From the NCBI RefSeq assembly GCF_053078305.1, contig NZ_CP166879.1: a stretch of 64,000 bases of DNA. The stretch is one strand, 5' to 3'. Below the pieces are notes generated by a model. The model did not search any database. It was not told the DNA's origin and saw only the letters and a program-made list of their open reading frames with translations. How positions within the stretch are numbered: the stretch's first letter is position 1; each line of letters starts with the position of its first letter. A program made the position numbers and the translations under genes. Of this stretch, positions 56,631 to 64,000 are shown piece by piece.

Positions 56631-57023
56631 ATGAAAAAATTCGCAGCAGTAATCGCAGTAATGGCCCTGTGCAGTGCACCGGTGATGGCAGCAGAGCAGG
56701 GCGGTTTTTCTGGCCCATCGGCAACGCAAAGTCAGGCTGGAGGATTCCAGGGGCCGAACGGCAGCGTAACGACTGTAGAAAGCGCAAAATCCCTGCGTGA
56801 CGACACCTGGGTAACCCTGCGCGGCAATATCGTTGAACGCATCTCTGACGATCTCTACGTGTTCAAAGATGCCAGCGGTACTATCAATGTTGATATCGAT
56901 CACAAACGCTGGAACGGCGTGACGGTGACGCCGAAAGATACGGTTGAGATTCAGGGTGAAGTCGATAAAGACTGGAATTCTGTTGAAATTGACGTCAAAC
57001 AGATCCGCAAAGTAAATCCGTAA
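56631..57023 (+). CDS. ygiW: BOF/YgiW-family periplasmic OB-fold protein (start trimmed to MKKFAAV)
   Basis: 130 aa with signal peptide; SD AAAGGGAG. Confidence 0.85.
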   Translation: MKKFAAVIAVMALCSAPVMAAEQGGFSGPSATQSQAGGFQGPNGSVTTVESAKSLRDDTWVTLRGNIVERISDDLYVFKDASGTINVDIDHKRWNGVTVTPKDTVEIQGEVDKDWNSVEIDVKQIRKVNP

Positions 57024-57075
57024 TTGTTACCGCTCCCGGGATGCGTTCCCGGGAATAATTTCGCAGGGAGGCAAC

Positions 57076-57558
57076 ATGACAAACCTGACACTGGATGTAA
57101 ACATTATCGATTTCCCATCAATCCCTGTGGCGATGTTGCCGCACCGCTATAGCCCTGAGTTGCTCAACTACAGCGTGGCGAAATTTATCATGTGGCGTAA
57201 AGAGACGGGGCTTTCTCCTGTTAACCAAAGCCAGACTTTTGGCGTCGCCTGGGACGACCCTGCCACCACCGCACCGGAAGCGTTTCGCTTTGATATCTGC
57301 GGCAGCGTTAGCGAACCGATTCCCGATAATCGTTATGGTGTGAGCAATGGTGAACTTACCGGTGGACGTTATGCCGTGGCCCGCCACGTTGGCGAGCTGG
57401 ACGATATTTCACACACGATATGGGGCATTATTCGCCACTGGCTGCCTGCAAGCGGCGAGAAAATGCGTAAAGCACCGATTCTGTTTCACTACACCAATCT
57501 TGCCGAAGGGGTGACGGAGCAGCGACTGGAAACGGATGTTTATGTGCCGTTAGCGTGA
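57076..57558 (+). CDS. ygiV: GyrI-like/AraC effector-domain protein YgiV
   Basis: 160-aa ORF matching E. coli YgiV. Confidence 0.85.
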   Translation: MTNLTLDVNIIDFPSIPVAMLPHRYSPELLNYSVAKFIMWRKETGLSPVNQSQTFGVAWDDPATTAPEAFRFDICGSVSEPIPDNRYGVSNGELTGGRYAVARHVGELDDISHTIWGIIRHWLPASGEKMRKAPILFHYTNLAEGVTEQRLETDVYVPLA

Positions 57559-57666
57559 TGGGGAATCTTTACCGGAGTGTGAGCCAAATCACTCGCGATA
57601 AGTTTGAGCGAACAATGCCACAGGCGTATTGTTGTTGGGCTTATAATTTCTCCGGTAAGGAATACC

Positions 57667-59274
57667 ATGTATACGCGAAATTTATTATGGCTGGTCAGCC
57701 TGGTAAGTGCGGCTCCTCTCTACGCTGCTGACGTTCCCACCAACACACCGCTCGCTCCGCAACAAGTCTTTCGTTACAACAATCATAGCGACCCAGGTAC
57801 GCTCGACCCGCAAAAGGTGGAGGAGAATACTGCCGCGCAGATTGTGCTGGATCTGTTTGAAGGTCTGGTATGGATGGACGGTGAAGGCCAGGTGCAGCCC
57901 GCTCAGGCTGAACGCTGGGAGATAATGGACGGCGGCAGGCGCTATATTTTCCATCTGCGTAGCGGTTTGCAGTGGTCCGACGGTCAGCCTCTGACGGCAG
58001 AGGATTTTGTCCTCGGCTGGCAGCGCGCGGTTGACCCGAAAACGGCAAGCCCTTTTGCTGGCTATCTGGCACAGGCGCACATTAACAATGCCGCGGCTAT
58101 TGTTGCGGGTAAAGCAGATGTTACATCGCTGGGTGTCAAAGCGACGGATGATCGAACTCTTGAAGTTACGCTTGAGCAGCCGGTTCCTTGGTTCACGACG
58201 ATGCTCGCCTGGCCGACGCTCTTCCCGGTTCCTCATCATGTCATCGCTAAACATGGCGATAGCTGGAGTAAGCCAGAGAACATGGTTTACAACGGTGCCT
58301 TTGTGCTTGATCAGTGGGTAGTTAACGAAAAGATTACTGCACGCAAAAATCCAAAGTACCGCGATGCGCAACATACAGTATTGCAACAGGTTGAGTATCT
58401 GGCGCTGGATAATTCGGTCACCGGCTATAACCGCTATCGCGCGGGAGAGGTCGATCTCACCTGGGTTCCGGCGCAGCAAATTCCCGCCATTGAAAAATCA
58501 CTGCCTGGCGAGCTACGAATTATTCCGCGTCTGAACAGCGAATATTACAACTTCAACCTTGAGAAACCGCCATTTAACGATGTGCGAGTGCGTCGGGCGC
58601 TATATCTTACGGTTGATCGACAGCTTATTGCGCAAAAGGTACTGGGGTTGAGGACGCCCGCAACCACGCTGACGCCGCCAGAGGTAAAAGGCTTTAGCGC
58701 GACGACGTTCGATGAACTGCAAAAGCCAATGAGTGAGCGCGTCGCGATGGCAAAAGCCTTGCTGAAACAGGCGGGATACGACGCCTCTCATCCGCTACGC
58801 TTTGAGCTGTTCTACAACAAGTACGATCTGCATGAAAAGACCGCGATAGCGTTGTCTTCCGAATGGAAAAAATGGCTGGGTGCACAGGTGACGCTGCGCA
58901 CAATGGAGTGGAAAACCTATCTTGATGCCCGACGAGCCGGTGATTTCATGCTGTCTCGGCAGTCGTGGGATGCGACGTACAATGATGCTTCCAGCTTCCT
59001 GAACACGCTCAAAAGCGATAGTGAAGAAAACGTCGGTCACTGGAAAAATGCGCAGTATGACGCCTTACTAAACCAGGCCACGCAGATCACTGATGCGACA
59101 AAGCGTAATGCGTTGTATCAGCAGGCAGAAGTGATCATCAACCAACAGGCACCGCTGATTCCTATCTACTATCAGCCGTTAATCAAACTGCTTAAACCCT
59201 ACGTTGGCGGTTTTCCGCTGCATAATCCCCAGGATTATGTCTACAGCAAAGAGTTGTATATCAAGGCACATTGA
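57667..59274 (+). CDS. ygiS: Periplasmic oligopeptide-binding-like protein YgiS (start trimmed to MYTRNLLWL)
   Basis: 535 aa with signal peptide; ABC family-5 solute-binding fold. Confidence 0.85.
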   Translation: MYTRNLLWLVSLVSAAPLYAADVPTNTPLAPQQVFRYNNHSDPGTLDPQKVEENTAAQIVLDLFEGLVWMDGEGQVQPAQAERWEIMDGGRRYIFHLRSGLQWSDGQPLTAEDFVLGWQRAVDPKTASPFAGYLAQAHINNAAAIVAGKADVTSLGVKATDDRTLEVTLEQPVPWFTTMLAWPTLFPVPHHVIAKHGDSWSKPENMVYNGAFVLDQWVVNEKITARKNPKYRDAQHTVLQQVEYLALDNSVTGYNRYRAGEVDLTWVPAQQIPAIEKSLPGELRIIPRLNSEYYNFNLEKPPFNDVRVRRALYLTVDRQLIAQKVLGLRTPATTLTPPEVKGFSATTFDELQKPMSERVAMAKALLKQAGYDASHPLRFELFYNKYDLHEKTAIALSSEWKKWLGAQVTLRTMEWKTYLDARRAGDFMLSRQSWDATYNDASSFLNTLKSDSEENVGHWKNAQYDALLNQATQITDATKRNALYQQAEVIINQQAPLIPIYYQPLIKLLKPYVGGFPLHNPQDYVYSKELYIKAH

Positions 59275-59411
59275 TGCCTTTATCGCCGTCGGAGCACGTC
59301 CGGCGGCGCTATTCACGCTGATCTCCTGTGACTCGACGCGGCAGATAATGTAGTATCTCCGGCAATATTGCCCCTTTGAAGGCTGGCGAATAAGTTGAGG
59401 AATCAGAATTA

Positions 59412-61670
59412 ATGAGCGATATGGCAGAGCGCCTTGCGCTACATGAATTTACGGAAAACGCCTACTTAAACTACTCCATGTACGTGATCATGGACCGTGC
59501 GTTGCCGTTTATTGGTGATGGTCTGAAACCTGTTCAGCGCCGCATTGTGTATGCGATGTCTGAACTGGGCCTGAATGCCAGCGCCAAATTTAAAAAATCG
59601 GCCCGTACCGTCGGTGACGTACTGGGTAAATACCATCCGCACGGCGATAGCGCCTGTTATGAAGCGATGGTCCTGATGGCGCAGCCGTTCTCTTACCGTT
59701 ATCCGCTGGTTGATGGTCAGGGGAACTGGGGCGCGCCGGACGATCCGAAATCGTTCGCGGCAATGCGTTACACCGAATCCCGGTTGTCGAAATATTCCGA
59801 GCTGCTATTGAGCGAGTTGGGGCAGGGGACGGCTGACTGGGTGCCAAACTTCGACGGCACTTTGCAGGAGCCGAAAATGCTACCTGCCCGTCTGCCAAAC
59901 ATTTTGCTTAACGGCACCACCGGTATTGCCGTCGGCATGGCGACCGATATTCCACCGCATAACCTGCGTGAAGTGGCTCAGGCGGCAATCGCATTAATCG
60001 ACCAGCCGAAAACCACGCTCGATCAGCTGCTGGATATCGTGCAGGGGCCGGATTATCCGACTGAAGCGGAAATTATCACTTCGCGCGCCGAGATCCGTAA
60101 AATCTACGAGAACGGACGTGGTTCAGTGCGTATGCGCGCGGTGTGGAAGAAAGAAGATGGCGCGGTGGTTATCAGCGCATTGCCGCATCAGGTTTCAGGT
60201 GCGCGCGTACTGGAGCAAATTGCTGCGCAAATGCGCAACAAAAAGCTGCCGATGGTTGACGATCTGCGCGATGAATCTGACCACGAGAACCCGACCCGTC
60301 TGGTGATTGTGCCGCGTTCCAACCGCGTGGATATGGATCAGGTGATGAACCACCTCTTCGCTACCACCGATCTGGAAAAGAGCTATCGTATTAACCTTAA
60401 TATGATCGGTCTGGATGGTCGTCCGGCGGTGAAAAACCTGCTGGAAATCCTCTCCGAATGGCTGGTGTTCCGCCGCGATACTGTGCGCCGCCGACTGAAC
60501 TATCGTCTGGAGAAAGTCCTCAAGCGCCTGCATATCCTCGAAGGTTTGCTGGTGGCGTTTCTCAATATCGACGAAGTGATTGAGATCATTCGTAATGAAG
60601 ATGAACCGAAACCGGCGCTGATGTCGCGGTTTGGCCTTACGGAAACCCAGGCGGAAGCGATCCTCGAACTGAAACTGCGTCATCTTGCCAAACTGGAAGA
60701 GATGAAGATTCGCGGTGAGCAGAGTGAGCTGGAAAAAGAGCGCGACCAGTTGCAGGGCATTTTGGCTTCCGAGCGTAAAATGAATAACCTGCTGAAGAAA
60801 GAACTGCAGGCAGACGCGCAAGCCTACGGTGACGATCGTCGTTCGCCGTTGCAGGAACGCGAAGAAGCGAAAGCGATGAGCGAGCACGACATGCTGCCGT
60901 CTGAACCTGTCACCATTGTGCTGTCGCAGATGGGCTGGGTACGCAGCGCTAAAGGCCATGATATCGACGCGCCGGGCCTGAATTATAAAGCGGGTGATAG
61001 CTTCAAAGCGGCGGTGAAAGGTAAGAGCAACCAACCGGTAGTGTTTGTTGATTCCACCGGTCGTAGCTATGCCATCGACCCGATTACGCTGCCGTCGGCG
61101 CGTGGTCAGGGCGAACCGCTCACCGGCAAATTAACGTTGCCGCCTGGGGCGACCGTTGACCATATGCTGATGGAAAGCGACGATCAGAAACTGCTGATGG
61201 CTTCCGATGCGGGTTACGGTTTCGTCTGCACCTTTAACGATCTGGTGGCGCGTAACCGTGCAGGTAAGGCTTTGATCACCTTACCGGAAAATGCCCATGT
61301 TATGCCGCCGGTGGTGATTGAAGATGCTTCCGATATGCTGCTGGCAATCACTCAGGCAGGCCGTATGTTGATGTTCCCGGTAAGTGATCTGCCGCAGCTG
61401 TCGAAGGGCAAAGGCAACAAGATTATCAACATTCCATCGGCAGAAGCCGCGCGTGGCGAGGATGGTCTGGCGCAACTGTACGTTCTGCCGCCGCAAAGCA
61501 CGCTGACCATTCATGTTGGGAAACGCAAAATTAAACTGCGTCCGGAAGAGCTACAGAAAGTCACTGGCGAACGTGGACGCCGCGGTACGTTGATGCGCGG
61601 TTTGCAGCGTATCGATCGTGTTGAGATCGACTCTCCTCGCCGTGCCAGCAGCGGTGATAGCGAAGAGTAA
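59412..61670 (+). CDS. parC: DNA topoisomerase IV subunit A
   Basis: 752-aa ORF; GyrA-like with active-site Tyr region. Confidence 0.95.
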
Positions 61671-61903
61671 TATGCCGGGGAGGGCGCTGTTTCCTCCCGC
61701 TTGCAAGGAACGCCGGATGAAACGTTAAGTCGTCATCCGGCAGCGTATTCAACCCCCGGAAACGATAAAAATTCCCTTGAAACCGTTGTTTATTCATGCG
61801 TTGCGATTAACAATACGCTTTTCCAGAGAGCGGCTTTTAACAATGCCCTAACCTGATTTCAGGTGACGTACAATGCCAGTCTCTCAGACCTTCAGAGGGT
61901 GTT

Positions 61904-62641
61904 ATGCTATATATCTTTCGTCTTATTATTACCGTGATTTACAGCATCTTAGTCTGTGTATTCGGCTCCATTTACTGCCTTTTCAGCCCGCGTAACCCGA
62001 AACATGTGGCCACCTTTGGGCATATGTTTGGTCGTCTTGCGCCGCTGTTCGGCCTGAAAGTTGAGTGCCGCAAACCTGCAGATGCTGAAAGCTACGGCAA
62101 TGCTATCTATATCGCTAACCACCAGAACAACTATGACATGGTGACAGCATCGAACATTGTGCAACCGCCGACGGTGACGGTAGGTAAAAAGAGCTTGCTG
62201 TGGATCCCCTTCTTCGGGCAGTTGTACTGGTTAACCGGCAACTTATTGATCGACAGAAACAATCGCACTAAAGCTCACGGCACTATTGCGGAAGTAGTGA
62301 ATCATTTCAAAAAACGCCGTATTTCCATTTGGATGTTCCCGGAAGGTACCCGCAGCCGTGGTCGCGGCCTGCTACCGTTCAAGACCGGGGCATTTCACGC
62401 GGCAATTGCGGCGGGCGTCCCGATTATTCCCGTGTGCGTCTCTACAACTTCGAATAAGATTAATCTTAATCGACTGCACAACGGTCTGGTGATTGTCGAA
62501 ATGCTGCCGCCAATTGACGTCAGTCAGTATGGCAAAGATCAGGTTCGTGAGCTGGCTGCCCATTGTCGTTCGATAATGGAACAAAAAATCGCCGAGCTCG
62601 ATAAAGAAGTCGCAGAGCGCGAAGCCGCCGGAAAAGTTTAA
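61904..62641 (+). CDS. plsC: 1-acyl-sn-glycerol-3-phosphate acyltransferase
   Basis: 245-aa ORF with HX4D motif (NHQNNYD) and PEGTR. Confidence 0.95.
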   Translation: MLYIFRLIITVIYSILVCVFGSIYCLFSPRNPKHVATFGHMFGRLAPLFGLKVECRKPADAESYGNAIYIANHQNNYDMVTASNIVQPPTVTVGKKSLLWIPFFGQLYWLTGNLLIDRNNRTKAHGTIAEVVNHFKKRRISIWMFPEGTRSRGRGLLPFKTGAFHAAIAAGVPIIPVCVSTTSNKINLNRLHNGLVIVEMLPPIDVSQYGKDQVRELAAHCRSIMEQKIAELDKEVAEREAAGKV

Positions 62642-62715
62642 GTCGGCAATCTGTATTTTTGCGGGGAACACTTTCCTGCACGGTATTACTTTAGCCAGTT
62701 TTACATGGAGCAAAT

Positions 62716-64000
62716 ATGTCACTCAGTCGGCGTCAGTTCATTCAGGCATCGGGGATTGCACTTTGTGCAGGCGCTGTTCCCCTGAAGGCCAGCGCAGCCG
62801 GGCAACAGCAACCGCTACCCGTTCCGCCGCTGCTTGAATCTCGCCGTGGGCAACCGCTGTTTATGACTGTACAACGTGCGCACTGGTCATTTACGCCAGG
62901 GACACGCGCGTCGGTCTGGGGAATCAATGGTCGTTACCTGGGGCCGACTATCCGCGTCTGGAAGGGCGACGATGTTAAGCTTATTTACAGCAACCGCCTG
63001 ACAGAAAATGTCTCAATGACGGTGGCCGGGCTACAGGTACCAGGCCCGCTGATGGGCGGTCCGGCACGGATGATGTCGCCAAACGCTGACTGGGCACCCG
63101 TACTGCCCATTCGCCAGAACGCAGCTACTCTGTGGTATCACGCCAATACTCCCAACCGCACGGCTCAGCAGGTCTATAACGGCCTTGCCGGAATGTGGCT
63201 GGTGGAAGATGAAGTCAGCAAGTCGCTGCCTATCCCCAACCATTATGGTGTGGATGATTTTCCGGTCATTATCCAGGATAAACGGCTGGATAACTTTGGT
63301 ACGCCAGAATACAACGAACCGGGAAGCGGCGGCTTTGTTGGTGATACGCTGCTGGTTAACGGTGTGCAAAGCCCGTACGTTGAAGTCTCGCGTGGCTGGG
63401 TGCGCTTGCGACTGCTGAACGCGTCGAACTCTCGTCGCTATCAACTACAGATGAGCGATGGTCGCCCGTTACATGTGATTTCTGGCGATCAGGGATTCCT
63501 GCCTGCTCCTGTATCGGTGAAGCAACTTTCGCTGGCACCGGGCGAGCGCCGCGAGATTCTGGTGGATATGAGCAACGGTGATGAAGTGTCGATCACCTGT
63601 GGTGAAGCGGCGAGCATTGTTGATCGTATTCGCGGCTTCTTTGAGCCATCCAGTATTCTGGTTTCTACCCTGGTGCTAACGCTGCGCCCAACCGGCCTTC
63701 TGCCGCTGGTCACAGACAGTCTTCCGATGCGCCTGCTGCCAACTGAAATCATGGCCGGTTCGCCGATTCGCAGTCGCGATATCAGTCTGGGTGATGACCC
63801 GGGTATTAATGGACAGCTGTGGGACGTCAACCGTATTGATGTCACCGCGCAGCAAGGAACGTGGGAACGCTGGACGGTACGCGCGGACGAGCCGCAAGCG
63901 TTCCATATTGAAGGCGTGATGTTCCAGATCCGTAACGTGAATGGTGCGATGCCGTTCCCGGAAGACAGAGGCTGGAAAGATACCGTTTGGGTTGACGGAC
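62716..64000 (+). CDS. ftsP: Cell division protein FtsP (SufI), 5' portion; truncated by window end
   Basis: ATG at 62716 followed by Tat signal MSLSRRQFIQASGIALCAGA; multicopper-oxidase-like fold; no stop within window. Confidence 0.85.
   Translation, partial: MSLSRRQFIQASGIALCAGAVPLKASAAGQQQPLPVPPLLESRRGQPLFMTVQRAHWSFTPGTRASVWGINGRYLGPTIRVWKGDDVKLIYSNRLTENVSMTVAGLQVPGPLMGGPARMMSPNADWAPVLPIRQNAATLWYHANTPNRTAQQVYNGLAGMWLVEDEVSKSLPIPNHYGVDDFPVIIQDKRLDNFGTPEYNEPGSGGFVGDTLLVNGVQSPYVEVSRGWVRLRLLNASNSRRYQLQMSDGRPLHVISGDQGFLPAPVSVKQLSLAPGERREILVDMSNGDEVSITCGEAASIVDRIRGFFEPSSILVSTLVLTLRPTGLLPLVTDSLPMRLLPTEIMAGSPIRSRDISLGDDPGINGQLWDVNRIDVTAQQGTWERWTVRADEPQAFHIEGVMFQIRNVNGAMPFPEDRGWKDTVWVDG

Noticed and set aside
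57685-58479. 264-aa minus-strand ORF antisense to ygiS
   Set aside because: Overlaps a well-supported periplasmic binding protein gene; no independent signals

Overview
This window is an Escherichia coli-type chromosomal segment matching the K-12 yqjI-to-ftsP region (about 69 min) in reverse orientation. Most of it is conserved core: yqjI/yqjH, mug, the rpsU-dnaG-rpoD operon, tsaD, ttdTBA-ttdR, plsY, folB, uppP, cca, ygiM, ygiF, glnE, hldE, yqiK/yqiJ, glgS, ubiK, ribB with its FMN riboswitch, zupT, ygiDCB, tolC, nudF-yqiB-cpdA-yqiA-parE, ygiN, mdaB, qseCB, ygiWVS, parC, plsC and the start of ftsP. Two accessory blocks interrupt this backbone. (1) An 8.6-kb integrative, satellite-like element (1804-10412) sits between yqjH and the intact ileX tRNA, bounded by a perfect 24-bp direct repeat. 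It carries a P4-type integrase, a low-GC cargo gene of unknown function immediately downstream of int, an AlpA regulator, a tandemly triplicated icd-like small-gene module with structured leaders, a replication helicase next to iteron arrays, SSB-, PerC- and Mor-like genes, and two tRNA-like remnants. (2) A 7.2-kb TonB-dependent receptor / ABC importer / RpiR-regulator cluster (Fit-like) lies between parE and ygiN. The most promising candidate for an undescribed system is the integrase-proximal cargo gene (8167-9063) together with the repeated icd-like/RNA module of the island; no function can be assigned to either from sequence alone. The six-frame track misses the tandem sibD/ibsD and sibE/ibsE type I toxin-antitoxin loci (19-aa toxins) and over-extends several starts. 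All family and synteny assignments are from reading the sequence and recall, not from database searches.
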